DNA of 64,000 nucleotides. Origin: Tubiluchus corallicola. Taxonomy: Eukaryota > Animalia > Priapulida. The notes under the pieces were generated by a model that was not told the origin of the DNA, did not search any database, and saw nothing but the letters and a program-made list of their open reading frames with translations. Positions within the stretch are counted from its first letter, which is position 1; the number at the start of each line of letters is the position of its first letter. This document shows positions 43,201 to 55,120 of the stretch, piece by piece. The position numbers and the translations under genes were made by a program. The stretch lies in NCBI GenBank assembly GCA_030141605.1, contig JAQGDQ010000954.1:12851-76850 (forward strand), given 5' to 3'.

Positions 43201-46200
43201 ACCCTTTGAGTCCCAAATTATTTTTTAATAAGAAAAAACTTTTTGGCTTGGTACTTTTGTTCAGTATGTCCATCTTGTTTACACATAATAATTATTTTTT
43301 TTCTACCTGTGCCCGCGTGCTAAATATAGCCTGTATTCCACGGGATACATTGAGATTCAATGGAAGCATAAAATGTGCTTCATTTTGCAACTGTTGATAA
43401 TTTTTTAAAGTATTTAAGACATTTAGTATGCACGCTATGCTGATCTGTACAAAGTCGTCTCTAAAGTACTGTACCTTGCGCAGTTTTTATGCTATGTAGA
43501 TTTTCTGGTTCGCCATTTTATCACCATTTTTAGTCTATTGTTATTGGCTTAGATCAAAATAACTATTAACAGATCAAATAACTGTCAGTTTTAAAATTTT
43601 ATTAATTTTAAAGTCAGAAAATATTCTCGTATCCCACGGGATACAACGGGTATTAAAGGGTTAATAGAGATGAATTCGAAATTGAATTGTACATTTTCCA
43701 GAGTTAAGTCTCTGCTCTCTGAAGCTCAGGGCATAAAACAACACATGGAGCACTCGTTGCCATGGTTTCCGCCTCACTGTGATAAACTCGTTGACATCGA
43801 AGTGGACGATACATACTTCGACAACTTGTGGTCAATGCAACGTCGGGAGGAGTTCACGTCCATCAACGAACACATGCATTTTGACAAACTGAAATCGGTA
43901 AGCGACCAAAGTTCTCCGCTGGACATGGAGTCCGCTGGAGTCTTGCGATGATAATCAGTCGGTTATTGGAAGTTGCAAACTTTATAAAGAGAGCGGTCAG
44001 ACGATTTTGTAAATGCAGTGTAACATTTGTTATTTGAAAGTGCAGAACAAAAATATTGTTTAGCCCATGGGTGTGCAAATTGCGGCCCGCAGAGAGAAGT
44101 TGTGAGGCTCGCAAAGAGACTTGTCAACCTAATGAAAGTGCGGCCCGGGTGATTAATTGAGTGTATCCAGCTGAAGTCCGTGCCACGATCCCAAAGATAG
44201 TGCAGGTCGGATGCAAGAAAATCGTTATTAGGCCTTTCTGTACTTGGCTCCTTGATCAAACTGCCTGTGGCCCGCAGGAATTGCGGGAAAGTTTAATGTG
44301 GCCCGTCTAGTCAGATAATTTGCACACCCCTGGTTTAGCCCATTGTTTGGGATGAGTTTACTATTCCCCACACAACTTAAATACCCAAATTCTAACCCTA
44401 ATGAGGAAAACAATAATTATCTAAACATTAAACGACTTGTTTGTAGCTCATTATAATAACTTTTTATTCTAGCGGGAATATGATTTATTGTACGTTACTG
44501 CTGACAAAGGGTTTTTTCTACTTTTGCGTAGTTTCCAATAGTCTGATTTTGCTGATTAAAACTGTGTCTTCAACAGTTTGGTTCAATCTTGTGAAAATAT
44601 TACAGACATTATATTTTATTACAAATCTTATATGTGTCCTTGCATAGCAAAAATGCCCATAAGTTGCCAGTCGGCAGTTAAGTTTTTCTAGTTATTCACA
44701 TCTCCTGAATCTCCATTTCGCGAGGATCATTTTGATACCAAGTTCATCGCTCTGCGTTATTTCTAACCTGAGATAATCTACGTTGAAGTTGAGGTGCAGG
44801 CTTCGCACTGAAAAACACGACCTTGAGTATATTGATGTTAAAGTCAGCCATTGTTTTTATTGTGATTCTACAAAACACTTAGCAACTGGACAAATTCTTG
44901 CTTGCTGTGGACTTTGGAAGAACACATTGAAGTTACGTTCAAATCCAGTAGATGGCTCTTCCAGACGAAGATCAGGGCTTGGCAACAAAAAAAATGCAAG
45001 CAAAATGACTGCTTCCATAAAAGCTTCTATTGCAGTTTTTCACAATCACAATTCAGATTTTAGCCAGAGAAGGCTAAGGAGTTATAAAATTAATTTTTGT
45101 TTTTCGAACATTTTTTAATCATTTGATGCTAGAATATAATTGTCCAATATATTTAATGTTTGTTGTTATGAAAAAGAAAAAATTGACATTTGACCCAGTT
45201 TTTGATGCATTCTGCTTTGATGCATCGTAACGTAGTTTTTCTATGCCAACTTATGGATGGTTTTGGTTTGCAAGCACACATATCTTTTTTGTTATTGTTT
45301 AGTATAACAAAATGTTTTAAATTAAATGCTTCTTTTTCACAAATCAAGGATGTACATACACCACTTTTTATTTCTGTTTACATATACTGGATGTTTTCAG
45401 ATTATATTGTCTTACGTCAATTCCGGCGACGTCAAAGTTGAAGATATTGGTCAGAGAATACTCACCGCCATAAAAACGGTAACTGTTCACGTGAACCTAA
45501 CTGTGTAGATAAGTTTTCGTGAGAAAGAATTCTAGTGCTTCTTGAAAATGAGGTCCATTTGTTTTCTTGTAAATTGCAAAAAGCTCCTACAAAATGAAGG
45601 GAGTGTCACATGTGTTTTTGTTAATAAAATTTGGCACATGGCAAACTGAAATTCAGCATTGAACGGTACTCAACACTATTGTTCACTTTGGTATGGCCAG
45701 AAGCCTGCTGGTGTCAAGAATAATTCTCTAGGACGAGCCGCATTCTCGTGTATTTATATCCTCTCTTGATGAGGTAAATAACCAGAATCGGTATGGCAAA
45801 TGAGATGACCTAGTGCAATTACTGAACATGGGGAGTCTTGAACCATTCAGTTGCCAACCTCAACGTGCCTTAACTTTGATCGTTCACCGCCGCCCGCCTT
45901 TGTCTCACATGGACGTGGTCACCTCAGGCCTTTGTCTCACATGGACGTGGTCACCTCAGGCCTTTGTCTCACATGGACGTGGTCACCCCAGGCCTTTGTC
46001 TCACATGGACATGGTCAACAGTACCAACTGTTTAGTGAGCAGGTAATAAAAGGCAGCCATTCTGGTTGATAAACATTGAACGTTGTGCTCAGACCTGTAT
46101 TTAATAAACTAAGGTGACGTGACCACTCAGCTGTATACCTGACCTCTAGATGCTGTCAGCAGTACCAACTGTTTAGTGAACCGGTATACAAGGCAGACAT

Positions 46201-49200
46201 TCTGATTGGTGCATATTGGTTGTGCTGTGCTCGAGTCTTTATCTCATAAACTAAGGTGGTCTGATCACACAATTAATCATCTCACGTCCAAAAAGGATCC
46301 CTATCCAATAAAAAAAGCACATGTGTCAAACATTCATTCACCCCTTCTCTCTCCCCATGAAATTTCAGGTTTTTTGCACCAAACTTATATGATATTTGCA
46401 GAGAGTAAAGTAATCAAAATAATCAAAATTTTACTGCCTTTTAAACAGCTATGTTTTTAGTGTGCCACGTTAATGTAATTATTTTTATTCTTCCAGTTAC
46501 ATGCACTGTAATTTGAACATTTTATATACCCGTAGGAAAATGGACCACTATGGACCCTGTACAACCTAGCCGGGCTATACTGGCAGATCCTAGGTAATCC
46601 GTACCAGGCGATCGAATGCTACCGACGGAGCTTGCGATACTGTCCACCAGATGTCAGTGATGTTCCTAAAACTAACCTTGCTCAAGTTTTATTTTTCCTG
46701 GGAAAGAAACACTGGGGTGATGCAGCTGCCCTTGTCGAACACGCCATAGCTATAAACAACATGGAGGTAAAGAGTTAACCCTTGCAGCATCTAGAGTTCT
46801 TATTGGCTGTGCCTAGTGGTGTCTTAATATGGACGGAAGAGTGGGAAGGATAAGCAACTCGTTTATTAATGATTTCATTTATATCAATTTAGAGGTAGCA
46901 ACTGCTGATTGTTTAGATTTTCTAGAAATCGGTGGAAAGTCGAGCCATAAATACATAGCAGTATTCTTCTTCTTCCCAGCTTTTCCCTATTCGGGGTCGA
47001 CGTTGTGAGTGAGTCTTCTCCACGCATTCCTGTTGTTTACCATCTCTTCATTTATATCTTCCCTTCCCACATGATCTTCACCGACTCTTCTTTTCAGGTG
47101 TCCATACCATCGCAATCTTGCGAGGCTTCCACTACTTTTACTGTTCCTCTGATATTATTATTTCTAATTTTATCTCTTCTTGTTATTCCCACCATCCACC
47201 ACAACATCCTCACCTCCACCACACCCATTTTCTTCTCTTCGGTCTTCTTTAGAGAAGCCGCTTCTAACCCCTAGATTAGAGCGGGTCTGACCACTTCTTT
47301 GCGGACTTTCCCTTTAAGTCTCACCGACTCATTCATAGAAGGTTTTGTCGCAGTTTTTACAGGCGGATGCCCTTTCTGACCTTAACCCTCCCTATTTATC
47401 AGGGCTTGGGACCGGCACTTAGTTGGGCTGGGTCCCCCCCCCCCCCCCAGTGGCTAGGTTCCACAAATACGTAGCAGTAATGTAACATATTAGGACACAT
47501 AGTGTATCGCAGAGTAGTTACCTATTGAACAGTTAGAGAGACCTTAAATACTCTCGTTGTGTTAGTAGTGGTTGGTTCAGTTTACTACAGGTATTACGTA
47601 TTCGTTGGGTATTAACGGAGATAGGCTCAGTTAATTGTCAGTGTGTAGTAGTGGAACAGATAAATTAATTTAGTAGATATAATCGATTTCGGCTTTTATT
47701 GCTTATCGCCGACGATGTTTTTCTCCTGGTGATGCAAATCGATTACATTGGTGGTGCCATTTGCATTTATTTTACCGCAAAAACAACAAAAATTGCCTAA
47801 CAAATATAGCTGCCACAGCGGCGAAATCAAGCAATATTGCACTATCTTTGCGTGCCAACTTATCGACCTGGTCACGCTAAATGAAGCAATATGGCACTAT
47901 CTTTGCATGTTAACTTATCGACCTGGTCACGCTAAATGAAGCAATATAGCACTATCTTTGCATGTTAACTTATCGACCTGGTCACGCTAAATGAAGCAAT
48001 ATGGCACTATCTTTGCATGTTAACTGATCGACCTGGTCACGCTAAATGAAGCAATATGGCACTATCTTTGCATGTTAACTTATCGACCTGGTCACGCTAA
48101 ATGAAGCAATATGGCACTATCCTTGCATGTTAACTTATCGACCTGGTCACGCTAAATGAAGCAATATGGCACTATCCTTGCATGTTAACTTATCGACCTG
48201 GTCACGCTAAATGAAGCAAATAGGCACTCATCCTTTGCATGTTAACTTATCGACCTGGTCACGCTAAATGAAGCAATATGGCACTATCCTTGCATGTTAA
48301 CTTATCGACCTGGTCACGCTAAATGAAGCAATATGGCACTATCCTTGCATGTTAACTTATCGACCTGGTCACGCTAAATGAAGCAATATGGCACTATCTT
48401 TGCATGTTAACTTATCGACCTGGTCACGCTAAATGAAGCAATATGGCACTATCTTTGCATGTTAACTTATCGACCTGGTCACGCTAAATGAAGCAATATG
48501 GCACTATCTTTGCATACTGTCTTATCACCTTTTTCATGCTGCTTACATGCAAAAATTTCTGATAAACACGAACAAATGGTAACATTGTTGCTTTATGTGC
48601 GCTTCCTTTCTTGACAAAAATTGTAAACAAAAATAACTCAGTTTTGTTGGATTGTTTTGTAAGCTACAAACTAATAAAATAAACTCATTTAGAACTTGTT
48701 CCTTACTTTATACCTTTTTACATTTACCAGCACTAGAATTAAAAACAGCATTGATTAAGATAGCAAACCTGTTGCACTCAAAGAGTTATTTACTAAAAAA
48801 TTTTTGAATTTACTCATTTTTTATGCTTAAAATCCGGATATAATTGATTACCAAATCGATTTCGTATCCGATTAATCGATTATGAAAATAAAACTGACGC
48901 CCCACCACTAGCGTGTAGATACGTAAAATATATTATACCTCTTCTGTATGTTCTTTTATTTATTATTATCATTGTTTACCTTTGGTTATCTATGATTTGC
49001 AGCTTTTCTGTCCCTCTGCTTGCCTAAGATTTCTTGTCTTGTCTTTACATTATACTGATTCGGACTGAGGGCAACCATAATAAAACCTGAAATATTTGTG
49101 CTTTGGTATTTCCATCCAATTCTAAGATCAGTGCAATTTGTTAATTTTGTTGGGATTTTGTACTTATATGTTTATTTCTTATGGTGTTGGTCATTTGCCG

Positions 49201-52200
49201 AATTCCTTCATATTTTCTATTCATTCTGTTCCTCTCATACAGTTACATTTAAGAAGCAAGACGATGTATAATCTTGGTACAGTCTGTAAGCCACTAACTT
49301 TGTAGTTGGCGTGTAAATTCTGTTTGCAATACTTCCAAAACTCTTCAATTTTTTTTGCAGCCTGTGACAAACTACATCCTCGGCAACATTAAGCTGGTCC
49401 ACGGGAACTCGAGCGGTGCCATTCATCACTACCAGGTGGCTCTGAGGCAGGACCCCGACTTTCAGGCACCACTGGAGATTCTCCGAGTCGTGCGGTGCTA
49501 CTCAAAATTCAAAGGGGTAAATTTGATTTGTTATTACTGAGGATTCTATGTTAAGTACTAAAAGTCTGCTGTAGCATAATGCTTGACAACAGTGAAAATA
49601 GGTACATAATTAATTTATATAATGCACATTGTATTAATGATAGTATCTGTAGTAAATGTTTTCACTGTGACACACATGTTTCAGTAACCAAGTAACAGTT
49701 ATCAAGTGACACAAGATAAGTTGAAAAGGCTCGTGAGTTCTCTGTATATATTTTTAATTAGAGTAATCGAATAATTTTATTAATTAGTTAATGAACATTT
49801 GCTGAAGTGAAACTTCATCAAAGGGGATTTTACTCGTTTGGATCACAAACCCCAAATCACCATTTGCTTCTGTCAACTTTTGACATTAGAATACTTGTAC
49901 CGGTGGGTGCAAAAAATGAAGCCCTTTTGAAGAATCATAAAAAACTTGGAATAAAAGTTTTTGCCGTGTATTATGAGTCACGTCAAGTTTTAAATAAGAA
50001 AGTTCAAACTTTCTAAAGAAACAAATAAATGCATCTTATCATTTAAAAAGTGATAACCTAGTGAATGCATATTTGCCAAACATCTCAATTATTTTTTTCA
50101 TTTAAAGCATGTGTGGACCAATAACTTCATTAAGAATATATACAATCATGCGGCTACCACTGCACCTGAAAATTTCTGTACAGCAGTAATTAATATAAAT
50201 TAACGTTATGTTCAAGACATTTTTTTCAAATTTCTTTGTTACATTTGTCTATCTCTAAGTGATAATAGTAAAATAAACCCAATGTGCTAAGTGACGCATC
50301 CTTTCCTTTAGCTTCGGCTTCAGTCGTAAACTGATGCCTGAAGAATGCTCTTTTGTTGCTCGTGCAGTCCATCAGGACTGCATTAAAGCTTGTCTTGATT
50401 AGAAGGCATTCTCTGATGCAATAGTTTTGTTTTGGATTCGTCAGTCAGTGGTTCAAATCCAGATGCACTCTTGACTTTTTCAAATTTCTTCTCTTTTGGT
50501 CAGCTTTACTAACTAGCAGTTATTAAGTTTATAATAACCTCAGATTTATTATAGCCTTCATGCTAAGTAAGCAGCCATTTGCATTATACTTGTGTTTATT
50601 ATTTGAGTAGGAGAAAAACTGGTCAACTTCCTGGTTTTTTGAGTTCACGTCATTTAAACTAAGAGAAACTTTTTGCAGCATAATGTTCATTCGGGTTCGC
50701 ATATATAACTATCCAGTAGTGGCTGCTATTGAAAAAATAACTGCTAGTATCAAAAAATCTACTTGTTGATGTCATAAAAGTGTCTATTTTTGTTGAAAAA
50801 GATACTGCTAATTTTGAAAAGTATTTGTTATTATTGTTACTTTTGTTATTGTTGAAAAAGTAACTGCCGCTATTGAAAAAGTAACTGTCACTATTGAAAA
50901 AGTAACTGTCGCTATTGAAAAAGTAACTGTCGCTATTAAAAAAGTAACTGTTGCTATGGAAAGAGTCTTTTTAACCAGAAAAAACTTTTAGACAAATGTT
51001 TACTGTAATTTTACATAAAGTAACAGCGTAATTTATTATCATTCGGGTTCGCATATATAACTATCCATTGTCTTTGTAAAAACTTGTTAAACCCTGGGCA
51101 GTGTACTGCTTTTATTCTATTGGTCATATGACGTAATAATTCGTTCAAAATGAGCACGCCTAAGCACGGAGTAATCACGACTTTATAGTGATTTTGGTTG
51201 TCCGTATGCTGATGCAGTGCTTGTGTTGCTGAAGCTTTCATACGTTTCTCTCCAACCTCTCATACACTAATGGCGCATTCACACATCTCTCACTGCTTGT
51301 TGTGCAATTTCTCTCTGTTGGCGCGTTCAGATGTAGAGATCTCTCACTGCTTGTTGTGCAATTTCTCTCTGTTGGCGCTTTCAGATGTAGAGATCGCTCA
51401 CAGCTTGTTGTGCAATTTCTCTCTGTTGGCGCGTTCAGATGTAGAGATCGCTCACAGCTTGTTGTGCAATTTCTCTCTGATGGCGCGTTCAGATGTAGAG
51501 ATCGCTCACAGCTTGTTGTGCAATTTCTCTCTGTTGGCGCGTTCACATGTAGAGATCGCTCACAGCTTGTTGTACAACTTCTCTCTGTTGGCGCGTTCAC
51601 ATGTAGAGATCGCTCACAGCTTGTTGTGCAATTTCTCTCTGATGGCGCGTTCAGATGTAGAGATCGCTCACAGCTTGTTGTGCAATTTCTCTCTGATGGC
51701 GCGTTCAGATGTAGAGATCACTCACAACTTGTTGTGCAATTTCTCTCTGTTGGCGCGTTCAGATGTAGAGATCGCTCACAGTGATGGCGCGTTCAGATGT
51801 AGAGATCGCTCACAGCTTGTTGTGCAATTTCTCTCTGATGGCGCGTTCAGATGTAGAGATCGCTCACAGCTTGTTGTGCAATTTCTCTCTGTTGGCGCGT
51901 TCACATGTAGAGATCGCTCACAGCTTGTTGTGCAATTTCTCTCTGTTGGCGCGTTCAGATGTAGAGATCGCTCACAGCTTGTTGTGCAATTTCTCTCTGT
52001 TGGCGCGTTCACATGTAGAGATCGCTCACAGCTTGTTGTGCAATTTCTCTCTGATGGCGCATTCAGATGTAGAGATCTCTCACAACTTGTTGTGCAACTT
52101 CTCTCTGTTGGCGCGTTCAGATGTAGAGATCTCTCACAACTTGTTGTGCAACTTCTCTCTGTTGGCACGTTCAGATGTAGAGATCGCTCACAGCTTGTTG

Positions 52201-54449
52201 TGCAACTTCTCTCTGATGACGCGTTCAGATGTAGAGATCGCTCACAGCTTGTTGTGCAATTTCTCTCTGTTGGCACGTTCACATGTAGAGATCGCTCACA
52301 GCTTGTTGTGCAACTTCTCTCTGTTGGCGCGTTCACATGTAGAGATCGCTCACAGCTTGTTGTGCAATTTCTCTCTGATGGCGTGTTCACATGTAGAGAT
52401 CGCTCACAGCTTGTTGTGCAACTTCTCTCTGTTGGCGCGTTCACATGTAGAGATCGCTCACAGCTTGTTGTGCAATTTCTCTCTGTTGGCACGTTCACAT
52501 GTAGAGATCGCTCACAGCTTGTTGTGCAACTTCTCTCTGTTGGCGCGTTCACATGTAGAGATCGCTCACAGCTTGTTGTGCAATTTCTCTCTGTTGGCAC
52601 GTTCACGTGTAGAGATCGCTCACAGCTTGTTGTGCAATTTCTCTCTGATGGCGCATTCAGATGTAGAGATCTCTCACAACTTGTTGTGCAACTTCTCTTT
52701 GATGGCGCGTCCAGATGTAGAGATCGCTCACAGCTTGTTGTGCAATTTCTCTCTGATGGCGCATTCAGATGTAGATATCACTCACAACTTGTTGTGCAAT
52801 TTCTCTCTGTTGGCGCGTTCACATGTAGAGATCGCTCACAGCTTGTTCTGCAATTTCTCTTTGATGGCGCATTCAGATGTAGAGATCGCTCACAACTTGT
52901 TGTGCAATTTCTCTCTGATGGCGCGTTCAGATGTAGAGATCTCTCACAGCTTGTTGTGCAATTTCTCTTTGATGGTGCGTTCAGATGTAGAGATCGCTCA
53001 CAACTTGTTGTGCAATTTCTCTCTGATGGCGCGTTCAGATGTAGAGATCTCTCACAGCTTGTTGTGCAATTTCTCTCTGATGGCGCGTTCAGATGTAGAG
53101 ATCTCTCACAGCTTGTTGTGCAATTTCTCTTTGATGGTGCGTTCACGTGTAGAGATCTCTCACAACTTGTTGTGCAATTTCTCTCTGATGGTGCGTTCAC
53201 GTGTAGAGATCTCTCACGACTTGTTGTGCAATTTCTCTCTGTTGGCACGTTCAGATGTAGAGATCGCTCACGGCTTGTTGTGCCACTTTGAGAGTAAAGT
53301 TGCACGTGTGAACGGCTTGGCAAATTTCTCTTGTTGTCGAACCGTTCGCTCGTCTGACTTTATTCTTAGAGAGAAGTTGAGCAACAAGTTGAGAGAGAAG
53401 TCTCTACGTGTGAGCACGCCATAACAATCTTTGGTAAAAACGCCTCTTATTTTGATAGCATCGTAATTACATGGCATGCTGTTTAAAAGTATGCTATTAC
53501 ACGGCATGCTGTTTAAAAGTATGCTCTTGTTCAGTTGCAGAATTCCAAATCTTCAGAGGGATTTAGCAAAGCAGACGACGACGACACGACGTGCGAAATG
53601 CCGGAATCTCAAATGAGCAACATAATGGACGGCTTTGTCTGCACGAACATCAACGGTGTGGAACACTGCACGATGAAGCAGTTCCACAATCCGCAGCAGC
53701 AGGAGTGCACGAACCGCTGCAAGAAAATGTCGCCCAGCAAAAGCGTGACGAAATCACTGCGTAAGTCAAACGCCTTGCTAGTGCGCGCGGTACAAACGCA
53801 TCTGTTTGCACAGTAGCACTGTAATGATTCTTACGCACTTACACGTCTCTACTGCATGTGTTGTGATTGCACATAGCAAACTGTTACTGACGGGATGCAT
53901 CCGAATGTTTGCAGAAGGACACTAGCTACAGTAGCATCAGTCATTGTGCATGCGTTTTGTGTGCAGTGTTACTGAACAAAGTTTGAGCTTAGTTAGTCTA
54001 CTGACAAATTCACAGCACGTTTGGCAAAATGTCCAAATGATCATTGCATATTTTACTGTGTTTAAATTCCACCATTAATGTTTAGCTATTAAGCACTGAT
54101 AAGATTTTCCCACAATGGGAAGTTGAGAACTAGATTAGGAGGGGTGAAATGTTTAGCACAAACATCAGGAAATCTTCTGCCAAATGGCTCAATGTATGTG
54201 GTCCATGATCAAGAATAAGCACACCGCCTGTCTGCAAAATATTTTTAGTACTCATTTTGTGCACATATTACCTTGATTATGTCTCTTTTGCAGCTGTTGA
54301 ATTCTTATTTTAGTATAAATGAGATTTGTCACAATACCTGTTCATTTATGCTCATTTGCTTTGTAAACCTATATCAGAGGAGGAATGTTTATAGTCCTTG
54401 ACAAAAACCAATTAAGATTTGCATTTCCAAAAACTCACTAATGTAATTT

Positions 54450-54494
<45 letters not shown>

Positions 54495-54514
54495 GATGAT
54501 GATGATGATGATGA

Positions 54515-54545
<31 letters not shown>

Positions 54546-54601
54546 GCTAATGTTGTTGCTGTTGTTGTTGTTGTTGTTGTTGCTGTTGTTGTTGTTGCTG
54601 T

Positions 54602-54642
<41 letters not shown>

Positions 54643-54661
54643 TTGTTGTTGTTGTCGCTGC

Positions 54662-54707
<46 letters not shown>

Positions 54708-54714
54708 GCTGCTG

Positions 54715-54746
<32 letters not shown>

Positions 54747-55120
54747 AATAATTCTTTATTTATTATGGATAGCACTTTAACCAACATTTATGAACTATTA
54801 GTTATTTCTTAAGTGGTGCACAAAATAAAATAAAGGTAAAAAAACATTATAGAAATATTGTACACTGCAAACATTAAAAAATACGGAGACATAAAATTCA
54901 ATTTAGAAACTGCACATTTACACAGTAATAGAGTTTTATGCTACTCGGCAGAACAGTTTATTCGTGTTGTACATTAACATGATGTATTTGTGCCCTACAG
55001 AAAGCATTACAGGCATAAGAACACGTAAAGGCAAACACGAACAACATCATTTACTTGTACCATCCTGCGCCGATGAAGAATGCAACGAACTCATGCTTTT
55101 TCTAGCCGTTCAAAACGAAG
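29300..55120 (+). CDS. TTC17: Tetratricopeptide repeat protein 17, exons 1-16 (~852 codons; incomplete on this strand)
   Basis: Exons 29300-29416, 30010-30269, 31073-31184, 31383-31499, 32188-32297, 33919-34066, 34771-34919, 36141-36307, 38615-38766, 41081-41298, 43702-43897, 45401-45478, 46536-46766, 49361-49516, 53535(or 53541)-53760 and 55001-55120; every phase joins in frame. Signal peptide followed by THWIVTEEG, NTSWLLFNLAAVYWRVKGE, KDMALVSLANILHRA, KRKHAVLCHSKLE and RSLQRTL matches TTC17. Confidence 0.93.
30433..30932. mobile_element. hAT (Charlie/Buster-type) MITE, copy 1
   Basis: TIR CAGGGGTGTGCAAATT and a perfect 8-bp TSD ATGTATGG. Confidence 0.9.
31223..31310. repeat. (CT)n microsatellite in TTC17 intron 3
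   Basis: Read directly from the sequence. Confidence 0.95.
35466..35972 (-). mobile_element. 5S rRNA-headed SINE with RTE-like body and 3' tail
   Basis: Minus strand starts GACTACGACCA (5S 5' end) joined to AAGCAACGTAGAGCCTGGTTAGTACTTGGATGGGTGACCGCCTAGGAATACCAGGTGCTGTAGGCTT (5S 3' half, 35895-35961). A GC-rich body follows, ending CCATTGTCTTCCGAGACAGAAGGATGCC(AAC)n, recalled as an RTE-type 3' end. Confidence 0.7.
36348..37578. repeat. 87/88-bp minisatellite, ~14 copies, in TTC17 intron 8
   Basis: Unit ttacatatagcatgctgtggtacactgaac(g)agttgtaaatatgttaccgtgccattgttataaagttcagtattcataatctgttgg. Confidence 0.97.
37708..38020. mobile_element. Older hAT/Charlie-type MITE
   Basis: Degenerate TIRs CAGGGGTCTCAAAAGT...AGTTTGGGGACGCGTG; TSD GTTTAAGT/GTTTACGT. 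Confidence 0.65.
38074..38502 (-). mobile_element. Second, 5'-truncated copy of the same short RTE-derived element (no ribozyme)
   Basis: Near-identical to 46964-47380, with the same 5'UTR/ORF deletion junction (ctatgaatgagtcggtgagactt) and GAA tail; ORF 38206-38448. Confidence 0.85.
42131..42517. mobile_element. hAT MITE, copy 2 (inverted relative to copy 1)
   Basis: Same TIR and internal sequence; TSD CAGTAGGC/CAATAGGC. Confidence 0.88.
43202..43660. mobile_element. piggyBac-like MITE ending ~40 bp upstream of TTC17 exon 11
   Basis: TTAA|CCCTTT...AAAGGG|TTAA with an imperfect 13-bp TIR. Confidence 0.65.
44066..44332. mobile_element. hAT MITE, copy 3 (internally deleted)
   Basis: Same TIR with one mismatch; perfect TSD GTTTAGCC. 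Confidence 0.88.
45896..46016. repeat. 32-bp minisatellite, ~4 copies
   Basis: Unit gcctttgtctcacatggacgtggtcacctcag. Confidence 0.9.
46964..47460 (-). mobile_element. Full-length short internally deleted RTE-clade non-LTR element (twister + 5'UTR + ORF C-terminal fragment + (GAA)n tail)
   Basis: RTE C-terminal remnant (VVRPALI*GLEAASLKKTEEKKMGVVEVRMLWWMVGITRRDKIRNNNIRGTVKV), GAA tail, and a 19-bp target-site duplication cca(t/c)aaatac(a/g)tagcagta at 46945-46963 and 47461-47479. Confidence 0.85.
47384..47460 (-). ncRNA. Twister ribozyme (3' cleavage product) at the 5' end of an RTE-derived element
   Basis: Minus strand reads AA-CCUA-GCC-[P3 insert]-GU-GCCGG-UCCCAAGC-CCUG-AUAAA-UAGG-GAGGG. 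This is colinear with the P1-type twister pattern U^AA-P2-GCC..GCCGGUCCCAAGCCCGGAUAAA-P2'-GAGGG. P2 is CCUA/UAGG and P4 has one mismatch. Confidence 0.85.
47649..48910. mobile_element. hAT-like MITE carrying an internal 55-bp tandem array
   Basis: Termini TAGTGG...CCACTA, subterminal AATCGATT motifs, TSD GTGTGTAG/GCGTGTAG. Confidence 0.6.
47830..48515. repeat. 55-bp minisatellite, ~12 copies
   Basis: Unit ttatcgacctggtcacgctaaatgaagcaatatggcactatctttgcatgttaac. Confidence 0.96.
51271..53421. mobile_element. PIF/Harbinger-type MITE whose left TIR is amplified into a 54-bp satellite
   Basis: TAA TSD at 51268-51270 and 53422-53424. The reverse complement of 53368-53421 (tggcgtgctcacacgtagagacttctctctcaacttgttgctcaacttctctct) matches the tandem unit. 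Confidence 0.75.
51285..53285. repeat. 54-bp satellite, ~37 copies
   Basis: Unit cagcttgttgtgcaatttctctctgttggcgcgttcagatgtagagatcgctca; source of the 673-aa and 547-aa pseudo-ORFs. Confidence 0.97.

Noticed and set aside
51270-53424. 673-aa and 547-aa ORFs
   Set aside because: They are translations of a stop-free 54-bp satellite inside a TTC17 intron, open in several frames on both strands.
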